From NCBI GenBank assembly GCA_011775825.1, contig JAABYK010000420.1:9145-48393 (forward strand): a DNA stretch of 39,249 nucleotides. Direction: 5' to 3'. Below the pieces are notes generated by a model. That model did not search any database and was not told the DNA's origin. It saw only the letters and a list, made by a program, of their open reading frames with translations. Position numbers and translations under genes: made by a program. The DNA comes from Candidatus Zhuqueibacterota bacterium (GTDB taxonomy: Bacteria; Zhuqueibacterota; Zhuqueibacteria; Oceanimicrobiales; Oceanimicrobiaceae). The number at the start of each line of letters is the position of its first letter. Within the stretch, counting starts at the first letter, position 1. Below, one piece after another: positions 1-8,220 of the stretch.

Positions 1-80
1 TGGCTGCCACGAATCCGGCCTGGCTGCGGATGGCGTTGGTCAACCCGCAAGGAGAAATCACCTATCGCGAGGATTTTTAG
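1..80 (+). CDS. 3' end of an upstream CDS (partial, product unknown)
   Basis: Frame 3 is open from the window edge and reads AATNPAWLRMALVNPQGEITYREDF followed by TAG at 78-80. This is too short to assign a family. Confidence 0.3.
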   Translation, partial: AATNPAWLRMALVNPQGEITYREDF

Positions 81-92
81 TTTAAGCTAAGA

Positions 93-1370
93 ATGAAAAA
101 AAAGATTCTCATTTCCCTCTCGATATTTTGTGTTTCACAGCTTTGTGCACAGGAGATCGACTCTGTACGAGCTATGAAACTTGTGGAGTTGCAAGCCACA
201 ATCGACTCGCTGCATCAGCGAATGCAAGCATTGCAAGGTGAACTTCAAAAACTCAAAACTCAAATCCAGGAGGGTGCCCAGCTCGATCAACTTTTGGCGG
301 TGTTCAATCAAGAGGACGATGAATCGGTTCCTGCGGATCAGCGCTCTCGCCGCAAGCGAGTGGATGCCCTGTTGAAAGCCATCACAGACCGCCCGGGGCA
401 ATTGCGCTTTAACGGCGGTGCAACTACCACGCTCCAGGGCGATCCGAGCGGCGACGACCGGTTCGTCACAGGCGTGGGCTCATTCGACATTTTTGCCCAT
501 ACCAGTTTTGGTCAGAACACGCTCCTGTTTCTTGATATCGAAGCCATTGGAGGCAACGGCCCGAACACACGCATTGCAACTTTTTCTTCTCTCAACGAAG
601 ACGCGGGTTCGACAGCGGGAAGCGACGGTTTGGATCGGTTGAGAATTCTGGAGGCATGGGCCGAATTTACCGCCTTTGATGAATGGCTGAAAATTACAGC
701 AGGTAAGATCGACCTCACCAATTATTTTGACAATAACGCTTCCGCAAATGATGAAACATCGCAGTTCATTAGCGGGGCGTTTGTCAATAGCGCGGCCTTT
801 CCCGTACCGGACAACGCCCCGGGAATCCGATTGCGAACCACGGTCTTCAATCGCTTTTTTGTACAGTTTGCCCTCTCCAGTATCGATGACTCGGGAAACG
901 ATTTGTTCGATGAATTGTTTAAAATCGGGAGCGTGGGATTTAAATTGTTTCCGGAGACGGGCTGGGAGGCCAACTTGCGCTTGTATGGTTATCAGCAGGC
1001 TTCCGCCGACAATTCAATGGGATTTGGCGTGAGTTTTGATGAATCCATCGCCCGGGAATTTCATATTTTTGCGCGCTACAACCAGAACGAATCGGAACTT
1101 GCAGAGTGGTTCGGTATTTCGTCGGCCTGGAGTTCGGGTGCACGATTTGTTAAGCATTTCTTCGAGCGAGAAATTGCTATTGGCTTAGCTTATGGCGAAA
1201 CGACTCCTGACAACGAAACCCTTGATGATGAAAAGCTCCTGGAAATCTATGCCAGGCACCAAATGAACAAATGGGTGTACGTATCGCCGCATTTGCAAAT
1301 CGTCCGGAATGCAGCCGGGACATCCGAACAGCGAACGTTTCTGGGCCTGCGTACGCATTTTAATTTCTGA
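93..1370 (+). CDS. Putative outer-membrane porin (OprB/carbohydrate-porin-like beta-barrel) with signal peptide and N-terminal coiled-coil
   Basis: 425-aa ORF. Signal peptide MKKKILISLSIFCVSQLCAQE, then a heptad-like Q/L-rich segment. The body has alternating Gly/aromatic beta-strand character and ends in the aromatic residue F (HFNF), typical of OM beta-barrels. Confidence 0.6.
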   Translation: MKKKILISLSIFCVSQLCAQEIDSVRAMKLVELQATIDSLHQRMQALQGELQKLKTQIQEGAQLDQLLAVFNQEDDESVPADQRSRRKRVDALLKAITDRPGQLRFNGGATTTLQGDPSGDDRFVTGVGSFDIFAHTSFGQNTLLFLDIEAIGGNGPNTRIATFSSLNEDAGSTAGSDGLDRLRILEAWAEFTAFDEWLKITAGKIDLTNYFDNNASANDETSQFISGAFVNSAAFPVPDNAPGIRLRTTVFNRFFVQFALSSIDDSGNDLFDELFKIGSVGFKLFPETGWEANLRLYGYQQASADNSMGFGVSFDESIAREFHIFARYNQNESELAEWFGISSAWSSGARFVKHFFEREIAIGLAYGETTPDNETLDDEKLLEIYARHQMNKWVYVSPHLQIVRNAAGTSEQRTFLGLRTHFNF

Positions 1371-1389
1371 AAGTCAATTATGGAAGAGC

Positions 1390-2496
1390 ATGATTGAACG
1401 TACGGCACGTGGAGCCAAAACCCTACCGGGGGAGTACTACACATCCGAGTCCATTTACGAAGAAGAGACCGAACGCATCTTTACAAAAAGGTGGTTGTAT
1501 GTGGGCCGAGCCTCGGACGTTTCTGAACCAGGACACTATTTTCTTCACAACATGGACAAGGAAAGCATCATCCTTTTGAAGGACGAACAGCACTCCATTC
1601 GCGCCTTTTTCAACGTCTGCCGGCACCGCGGCACCCGACTTTGTACCGAAGCGAGGGGGCGGTTCTCACAATCCATTCAATGCCCGTATCATGCCTGGAC
1701 TTACTCCCTCGATGGTCGTTTGATCGGAGCCCCAAACATGCATGAAGTCAAAACGTTTAACAAAGAAGAGTATCCGCTGCGGGACGTGGCCGTTGCCACA
1801 TGGGAAGGTGGCGTGTTCATGAATCTGGCAGAAAGCCCGGAACCGTTCGAAAACGCGTTTGCACCGATAGTCAATAAATACAAGCAGTGGCATCTTTCGG
1901 AGTTGCAGGTGGCTCATCGGAGAACCTACGATGTCGCTGCCAACTGGAAACTCATTCTCCAGAATTACTCGGAATGCTACCATTGCCCCACCTTGCATCC
2001 GCATCTGAATCGACTCACACCGTATCGCGACAGCAGCAACGATTTGGAAGCGGGGCCGTTTCTTGGCGGGCCTATGCGGCTGTCGGGAAACAATGAGAGC
2101 ATGACCATGACTGGCCGTAGCTGTGCGCCGACATTGGGCGAAGTCTCGGGAACTGATTTGAAGCAAGTGTACTACTACGTCATATTCCCAAACATGCTCT
2201 TGAGCCTGCATCCCGATTATGTTTTGGTGCATCAGGTACAACGGCAAGCTCCGGATCGCTGCCGGGTTGTTTGCGACTGGCTCTTCCACCCTGAGGCCAT
2301 CAGCCATCCCGACTTCGATCCCGGCGATGCTATTGAATTCTGGGAGCTGACCAATAAACAGGATTGGCACGTTTGTGAACTCTCTCAACAAGGGGTCGCT
2401 TCACGGGCGTACACGCCGGGGCCCTATTCCGACCTGGAAAGTATGATCGCAGCCTTTGATCGGGAGTATCTCAGTGCTTTAGGGATGAGCGGATGA
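1390..2496 (+). CDS. Rieske (2Fe-2S) non-heme iron oxygenase, alpha-subunit type
   Basis: Rieske motif CRHRG...(17 aa)...CPYHAW. Mononuclear-iron region NYSECYHCPTLHP. Start moved to ATG 1390 (MIERTARG...) because the longer ORF overlaps the porin gene. Confidence 0.85.
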   Translation: MIERTARGAKTLPGEYYTSESIYEEETERIFTKRWLYVGRASDVSEPGHYFLHNMDKESIILLKDEQHSIRAFFNVCRHRGTRLCTEARGRFSQSIQCPYHAWTYSLDGRLIGAPNMHEVKTFNKEEYPLRDVAVATWEGGVFMNLAESPEPFENAFAPIVNKYKQWHLSELQVAHRRTYDVAANWKLILQNYSECYHCPTLHPHLNRLTPYRDSSNDLEAGPFLGGPMRLSGNNESMTMTGRSCAPTLGEVSGTDLKQVYYYVIFPNMLLSLHPDYVLVHQVQRQAPDRCRVVCDWLFHPEAISHPDFDPGDAIEFWELTNKQDWHVCELSQQGVASRAYTPGPYSDLESMIAAFDREYLSALGMSG

Positions 2497-2523
2497 TGGA
2501 AAACTTGACCTGCCAATTCAAGT

Positions 2524-2832
2524 CTACTCTTTTTGACCGGTGCGAGCTTTCTGTGCATTTACGTATGCCTTAAGGACCGCATTGATATGCGATTGATAAC
2601 CCTTTCCTTGAGACTTAAACCAACGTAAAACCTCTCGGTCTATGCGCGGTGAAATGGCCTTCTTTGGCTGGGGCATGATGACTTTTGCATTCTTGAACCA
2701 CTCTTCATCCAACTCCGAGATTTCGGAAGTGTCGATATCATCATCGGTCATGGCATCAAGTCGCTGCCAATCTGTCTTGGTTTCTTCAGGCAAGTCCTCG
2801 CCATTATATTGAACGGTATTTTTTTTCTTCAT
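2524..2832 (-). CDS. brnA: BrnA-family antitoxin (RHH/CopG-like), no adjacent BrnT toxin
   Basis: MKKKNTVQYNGEDLPEETKTDWQRLDAMTDDDIDTSE...ISPRIDREVLRWFKSQGKGYQSHINAVLKAYV matches the BrnA pattern (D-rich N-terminal part; LD.DVL.WFK..G.GYQT.IN..LR.Y). ATG at 2832 preceded by a purine-rich stretch. Confidence 0.75.
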   Translation of the reverse strand: MKKKNTVQYNGEDLPEETKTDWQRLDAMTDDDIDTSEISELDEEWFKNAKVIMPQPKKAISPRIDREVLRWFKSQGKGYQSHINAVLKAYVNAQKARTGQKE

Positions 2833-2931
2833 TTTTTCTCGCCTTTCTATCAGAGAGTGCATGTGCGTTAGTTGATATTGTATCAATATTGACGGCCTGA
2901 CGCCCGCACTACGAACCGGAACGGGTCAGCT

Positions 2932-3735
2932 TCAAACCTGCGAAAGCGGCGCATAAAACTCCGGCCGCCGATCGGAAATAATTTGATTCAGCGGCGTGAT
3001 GTGCTTGTCGCGCGCTAATATGGGATCGATCTCAGTGATGAACACTTCCTGCTTCTGAGATTTGGAACGGTGAAGCAATTCTCCTTTCGGGGCCACGATT
3101 TGACTTTTGCCGGTAAATCGCAGCTCGCCGTGCGGACGTTTATCCGCTCCGTATCGATTCGCCGTTACGGCAAAGACGCCGTTTTCCAGGCATCGGGAGA
3201 GCATGGTCTGTTGACAATAGTCGAGTACAAGATTGGACGGATGGCAAATGATGTCGGCGCCTTCAACCGTGAGCGTGCGGGTGACTTCCGGAAAAATCCA
3301 ATCGAAGCAAACCATCATGCCGACATTGGCCTCCCGAACTTCCCAGACTTGCAGAGGAATGTCTCCCGGATCAAACCAATTCTTCTCTTCGCTGAACAAA
3401 TGCAGTTTACGATAGGTGTGAATAACACCTTCAGGGCCGATTAGCAGCGAACTATTGAATACTTTGTCTTGCTGTTTTTCGGCAAATCCTGTAATCAAAT
3501 AAAAATCCTTATCCCGACAGAGTGCTACTAGACTCTCGATGGTGGACGAATCCTGAGGATCTTCCGCCAGCGTCCTGGTTTCCTCACGATCCTTGAAGTA
3601 GTAGCCCGTGAAAGCCAATTCGGGCAGCACAATTAAATCCGCTGACACATCCTTGAGGGCATTCAAAACCTGCTTCAGATTTTCTTGTATCTGTCCAAAC
3701 TGAGGACGAAATTGATAATAACCGATTCTTAGCAT
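2932..3735 (-). CDS. Carbon-nitrogen hydrolase family protein (nitrilase/amidase superfamily)
   Basis: 267 aa. The Glu-Lys-Cys triad context is visible: LIVLPELAFTGYYF (Glu), YRKLHLF (Lys), MMVCFDWIFPE (Cys). Confidence 0.85.
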   Translation of the reverse strand: MLRIGYYQFRPQFGQIQENLKQVLNALKDVSADLIVLPELAFTGYYFKDREETRTLAEDPQDSSTIESLVALCRDKDFYLITGFAEKQQDKVFNSSLLIGPEGVIHTYRKLHLFSEEKNWFDPGDIPLQVWEVREANVGMMVCFDWIFPEVTRTLTVEGADIICHPSNLVLDYCQQTMLSRCLENGVFAVTANRYGADKRPHGELRFTGKSQIVAPKGELLHRSKSQKQEVFITEIDPILARDKHITPLNQIISDRRPEFYAPLSQV

Positions 3736-4121
3736 CCTATTAGAAATAATTTGAATACATTTGAAATTTTATTTAATTCGTTTTCATTAAGCGCCTGAGT
3801 TCGACAGTCGTAGGTAACAAAATAACGGCATAACTATTTATTATAAATTGACATACATATGTTTTTTGAAATGACATCGTGTTACTACAAAATCACACAT
3901 CCTGTATGTCTACAATCGTGGATGGCTCCTTGATATTTAAGGACTTAAGGATATTTCCCTGGCCTCTGGTTAATTCGGTTAACTGCGCCACGTGCTTAGA
4001 GTCGATGTCAAATTCGCCGTAGAAGAGTCGCTGCATCTCTCGGCGTACTTTTGACCAGCTTTCGCCACTTTAAGAATCTAATAGAATTTCCGGACTCTGT
4101 CAAAGTATTCTTACATTAAAT

Positions 4122-4260
4122 TAATTAGTGAACGAAAACTCGTTAGTGCACGTCATTCCGTCCCGACCCTTCGGGACGGAATCTCCCGGAATTAGACACG
4201 AGATTCCCGAACAAAAGCTCTCGGGAATGGCAGCAACAGCCTGTTTTCGTTCACCAATTA
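4122..4260. repeat. MITE/REP-like palindromic repeat element, copy 1
   Basis: 18-bp terminal inverted repeats: taattagtgaacgaaaac (4122-4139) and gttttcgttcaccaatta (4243-4260). Three internal hairpins: attccgtccc/gggacggaat, ggaatctc/gagattcc, attcccga/tcgggaat. Near-identical to the reverse complement of 20787-20918. Confidence 0.85.
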
Positions 4261-4323
4261 TTCTTATCTTCTGAGAAAAAGATAAAATCATGGCACCGTT
4301 AAGTGACAAAGTAGTGAGAGCTT

Positions 4324-5745
4324 TTATTCTGAATAGAATTCGATCACGCGTGCAATTGCAGCCGCACAAACCGGGCAGTACGGTACCATACTCAACGAAA
4401 ACATGCGGCAGTCCATGGAAGGACGGTACAAACCGGTTGCGCTGTATCCCGCCCCTTCAAATGCGCCAACCTTTCCGTAGTACTCAGAGGCCTGCATTTT
4501 TTCGACTTGCTGCTTGCGCAACTTTGCCCATTTTTCATAATAGCCGGGCTTGCTTCGGTCCCAGGTGGCACGCACGGCCTCGAGACTATCGTAATGAGCT
4601 TTGGGCCACGGTGTTGGGAGAGGGGTGTTTTCCTCCACAAAGGTCTTCCATTTCAGATGTTCAGGGTCCAACAGGGCTGTCACGTTAGGTGCAGTTGGCT
4701 CGACGCCTTCGGGATAAAAATCGAGATACGAGACTGAGCTGCTGTAATATTCATCTCCCAATCCGGCTAAGGAATGCCCGAACTCGTGCGTGATCATGTA
4801 TTTCAAATGCCAGTTGAACTCCGGATTCTCTACGCCTGTCATGCCGGTTGCGTAGAGACCGTAAATCCCTCCCCCACCGTAACGTGCGCTGTTTACCAAA
4901 ATGTAAATGAAATCGTACGGCACGGCGGCAGCAATGTCGCGAATCGTACGATTCTCGTAGGTCAAAACATAGCGTGGTGAATCGAACGAATTATATGAAC
5001 AGCCCAGAGCTGTATTTCGCCAGAGATTCTTTCTGGGCTCATCAATCCCAGAATCCTCGGAAATCACTTCGATGGCAAGGATGTTTAACTCGCTGGCGTG
5101 TTCTTTGAAGGGCGACATTTCCAGAATAGTCTCTTTCCAGCGTTCAACGTCGGTGCGGAATTTATCCAGTTCGTCTTTTGTGTATCCGTCGCCGAGCAGC
5201 AGAAAATCGACTTTCTTGTGGGGCGGTCCATTTTCCAGCAAAGTCAGCTCGTCAAAATCTCGACCGCGTTTTTCGCGATTCACGAAACGCGAGTTCGGAT
5301 CGATAACCGTCGTGAAAATGTCGTAAAAATGCATCCACTTGTCCCGTTTAGCGATCACCACTTGCGCCTTCTTCTTTGGAAAAGGCAGCAATACGCTCTC
5401 ATGAAATGTTCGAAAGACTTCGTCTTTGGCTTCACCGGTCGTTTCCCATTCACCATAAATGCTGGCAAAGCCCCGGGAGTAAATCATTTGATTGGTTTCG
5501 ACATCGAAGACTTTCAGGAGGTATTTTCCCAAATTCAACGTGTCGATCAAATTTTGGTGACTGCCGGCCCAAACCCCCTCCTCGTGAACTTGATCCAAAC
5601 TGATATGTTCTTGTGTCGCCGTTCCGGTATGGTAATAATCGACCCGCATCGTCTTATTTTCGAAAAACTGTTCGAACGGGCTTTGTGGCTGTGCCAGGAT
5701 TACAGAAACATTTAAAATGAACGTCATTCCAATTGATAGTTTCAT
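4324..5745 (-). CDS. M64 family metallopeptidase (IgA peptidase M64-like), secreted
   Basis: 473 aa. Signal peptide MKLSIGMTFILNVSVILAQ. Zinc motif HEFGHSLAGLGDEY is characteristic of peptidase M64. Confidence 0.85.
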   Translation of the reverse strand: MKLSIGMTFILNVSVILAQPQSPFEQFFENKTMRVDYYHTGTATQEHISLDQVHEEGVWAGSHQNLIDTLNLGKYLLKVFDVETNQMIYSRGFASIYGEWETTGEAKDEVFRTFHESVLLPFPKKKAQVVIAKRDKWMHFYDIFTTVIDPNSRFVNREKRGRDFDELTLLENGPPHKKVDFLLLGDGYTKDELDKFRTDVERWKETILEMSPFKEHASELNILAIEVISEDSGIDEPRKNLWRNTALGCSYNSFDSPRYVLTYENRTIRDIAAAVPYDFIYILVNSARYGGGGIYGLYATGMTGVENPEFNWHLKYMITHEFGHSLAGLGDEYYSSSVSYLDFYPEGVEPTAPNVTALLDPEHLKWKTFVEENTPLPTPWPKAHYDSLEAVRATWDRSKPGYYEKWAKLRKQQVEKMQASEYYGKVGAFEGAGYSATGLYRPSMDCRMFSLSMVPYCPVCAAAIARVIEFYSE

Positions 5746-5947
5746 TCATTCCTCTCCTTCGGTTCGTTCCATGTTTGCAAACTTGTTCATAATCGACGCT
5801 GACTGACAAAAATAAAGGAGATGACGGGAAATGTCAAGATAATCATCCCATGATTCCACCCAAAAATCGCTTTCAAAATCTGGTGGCAATTTGTATATTT
5901 AATGATTAAATTTTGTTACAAAACTTGAATAAAAGAGACAAGGAACG

Positions 5948-7654
5948 ATGCCGAAACTTCACAAAGTCAGCGCTTTTTTGATTTTCGTTTGTATTTTCAT
6001 TGTCGCGTCAAGCGAGGCTTTTGCAAAGAAGTGGCCGGTTTACGCCAAACATGGCATGGTCGTCTCCACCGAACGCGTGGCCTCTGAGGTAGGCGTGGAG
6101 ATCCTTAAAGAAGGTGGAAACGCCATCGACGCAGCGGTGGCCACGGCCTTTACTTTAGCTGTCGTGCACCCTGCTGCCGGCAACATTGGCGGTGGCGGGT
6201 TCATGGTCATCCGACTCGCAGATGGTACCACCACAACCATCGACTATCGAGAGAAGGCACCGCTTGCTGCTCATGAACGCATGTACCTAAACGAAAATGG
6301 CGAATTAATAGAGGACTTAAATCATGAGGGCTATTTGGCCATCGGTGTGCCGGGCACCGTCGCCGGGCTGGTTTTTGCTTTGGAGAAATATGGCACCATG
6401 CCGCTGGCGAAAATCATGAAACCGGCGATCAAATTGGCAGAAAATGGGTTTCCTGTATCATATGCATTGAGTCAGGATTTAACCGAACTCGCTGATACGT
6501 TTAAGAAGTACCCGGCATCAGCAAGTGTCTTCCTTAAGAGTGACGGGACGCCATACCAGTTTGGCGAAGTGTTCAAACAAAGAGACCTCGCTGCCACCCT
6601 CAAGAGAATTGCAGACCATGGCAGGGATGACTTTTATGCAGGTAAAACAGCGGAGTTACTTGTCAGGGACATGAAGGCCAATGGCGGGCTCATTGGCAAG
6701 AAAGATCTGGAAAATTATTCGGTGAAGGAACGACAACCCATTGAATGCACCTACCGGGGCTACACGATTGCCTCGATGGCCCCGCCAAGTTCCGGGGGGA
6801 TCACCCTGGCCATTATGCTAAACATTTTGGAGGGTTACGATTTAGCGAAACTTGGACATAACTCTGCAGCTTACATTCATTTGGTCACCGAAGCCATGCG
6901 ACGAGCTTATGCCGAGCGGGCAAAATATTTAGGCGACCCCGATTTCAATCCGGATATGCCTGTGGAAGAACTCATCTCAAAAGCTCACGCGCAGGATCTT
7001 AGAGAAACCATCGATTTGACCAGAGCATCCAAAAGCGACCCGGGGAGCTTTGAGTGGGCACATGAAGCGACGGAAACCACGCATTTTTCAGTGATCGATA
7101 AGCAGCGAAATGCCGTTTCAAATACCTACACAATCGAACAGTGGTTTGGGTCCAAGATTGTGGCGCACGGCGCCGGGTTTTTGTACAATAACGAAATGGG
7201 CGATTTCAACCCCTGGCCCGGACATACGGATTCGACCGGGCTGATCGGAACCGAGCCGAATTTGATTGAGCCGGGTAAACGCATGCTCTCGTCCATGACG
7301 CCAACCATTGTTTTGAAGGATGGTCAGGCGTATATGCTTGTTGGCAGTCCCGGTGGAAAACGGATAATCAACATTGTTTTGCAAACGATTTTGAACGTCG
7401 TCGATTTCGGAATGAATATATATGAGGCCGTTGACGCCCCGCGTTTTCATCATCAGTGGCTGCCGGACAAACTCTACATTGAAAGAAGGGGCACGAGCAA
7501 CGATTCGGCTGAACTCCTGCAGCAGATGGGGCACAAGTTTCGATGGACAAGAACTCAGGGTCGTGTCATGGCCATCATGATCGATCCTGAAACCGGACTT
7601 CGGATAGGAGCTGCCGATCCGAGAAGCCCCATGCGGGCGGCAGTGGGGTATTAA
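5948..7654 (+). CDS. ggt: Gamma-glutamyltransferase
   Basis: 568 aa. Signal peptide; GNIGGGGFMVI; autoprocessing/catalytic Thr context ETTHFSVID; MLSSMTPTIV; GSPGGKRII. Confidence 0.95.
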   Translation: MPKLHKVSAFLIFVCIFIVASSEAFAKKWPVYAKHGMVVSTERVASEVGVEILKEGGNAIDAAVATAFTLAVVHPAAGNIGGGGFMVIRLADGTTTTIDYREKAPLAAHERMYLNENGELIEDLNHEGYLAIGVPGTVAGLVFALEKYGTMPLAKIMKPAIKLAENGFPVSYALSQDLTELADTFKKYPASASVFLKSDGTPYQFGEVFKQRDLAATLKRIADHGRDDFYAGKTAELLVRDMKANGGLIGKKDLENYSVKERQPIECTYRGYTIASMAPPSSGGITLAIMLNILEGYDLAKLGHNSAAYIHLVTEAMRRAYAERAKYLGDPDFNPDMPVEELISKAHAQDLRETIDLTRASKSDPGSFEWAHEATETTHFSVIDKQRNAVSNTYTIEQWFGSKIVAHGAGFLYNNEMGDFNPWPGHTDSTGLIGTEPNLIEPGKRMLSSMTPTIVLKDGQAYMLVGSPGGKRIINIVLQTILNVVDFGMNIYEAVDAPRFHHQWLPDKLYIERRGTSNDSAELLQQMGHKFRWTRTQGRVMAIMIDPETGLRIGAADPRSPMRAAVGY

Positions 7655-7675
7655 GATTGCTTTAGAGACAATACA

Positions 7676-7992
7676 GTGGCTAAAATTCTTTTATTTGAAG
7701 TTGCTACACCGCTGGGGTTCACGGTCAGAGTCACAAAGGCATATTGGCAGGTAATTGCTACATACAAGCACCTGCTATGGATGGGCGCGAGAAAAATGTA
7801 CAGAAAAGGTTGCTAGATCCAGACGAAATTCGACGAAGCCGAAGTGATCCAAATGTCTATCTTTTTAATCAAAAACAAGATTCTGCTCGATGGACTTGTG
7901 CTATAGCCAAAAGACTCAACGATAAAGGATTTCTAATTACGGCATATACAGCTGACAAAATAAAAGAAGGTGAAAGAATATGGAAAAAGTGA
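7676..7992 (+). pseudogene. DUF4258-like toxin gene, split by a 1-nt frameshift (or indel error)
   Basis: Frame A from GTG 7676 reads (M)AKILLFEVATPLGFTVRVTKAYWQVIATYKH. Frame B continues PAMDGREKNVQKRLLDPDEIRRSRSDPNVYLFNQKQDSARWTCAIAKRLNDKGFLITAYTADKIKEGERIWKK. The frames join at the CC run 7771-7772, and one extra C would restore a ~105-aa ORF. The 3' end overlaps the downstream DUF2283 gene by 13 nt. Confidence 0.6.
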
Positions 7993-8138
7993 AAGTATTT
8001 TATGACCGTCAAGGCAATACCCTGACTGTGTGGTTCGACAACCCCCAAGACGACTATATTTGTGAAGAAACAAGCGACGAAGTTATACTAATGAAAGACC
8101 AATCAGGCCAGGTTATCGGTTTCGAGAAACTCAATTAG
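7980..8138 (+). CDS. DUF2283-family small protein (putative antitoxin partner)
   Basis: 52-aa ORF below the ORF-track cutoff: MEKVKVFYDRQGNTLTVWFDNPQDDYICEETSDEVILMKDQSGQVIGFEKLN, TAG at 8136-8138. Matches the DUF2283 pattern (YD...D.L.I....EE...VIL..D..G.V.G.E.L). Confidence 0.65.
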   Translation: MEKVKVFYDRQGNTLTVWFDNPQDDYICEETSDEVILMKDQSGQVIGFEKLN

Positions 8139-8220
8139 CATTTGCATTTTTCGTTTGAGACAGTAAGTCAATAGTCACAAGTACGAGAACTTCATATTTT
8201 TCTTAAAATTAAAATAGAAC

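Noticed and set aside
1666-2391. 241-aa minus-strand ORF inside the Rieske oxygenase gene
   Set aside because: It is entirely antisense to a CDS with clear family motifs. Its translation has no recognisable motifs and an atypical composition. It is treated as a shadow ORF.
3893-4069. Open minus-strand frame reading ...ESWSKVRREMQRLFYGEFDIDSKHVAQLTELTRGQGNILKSLNIKEPSTIVDIQDV (47 aa from the only ATG at 4036), next to repeat copy 1
   Set aside because: The composition is protein-like and it may be a gene remnant. However, it is short, has no convincing start or RBS, and I could not assign a family.
5098-5715. 205-aa plus-strand ORF (and neighbours 4290-4688, 4392-4640, 5072-5326, 5376-5603) overlapping the M64 peptidase gene
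   Set aside because: These are antisense or out of frame relative to a gene with an unambiguous HEFGH zinc motif, and there is no independent support for them.
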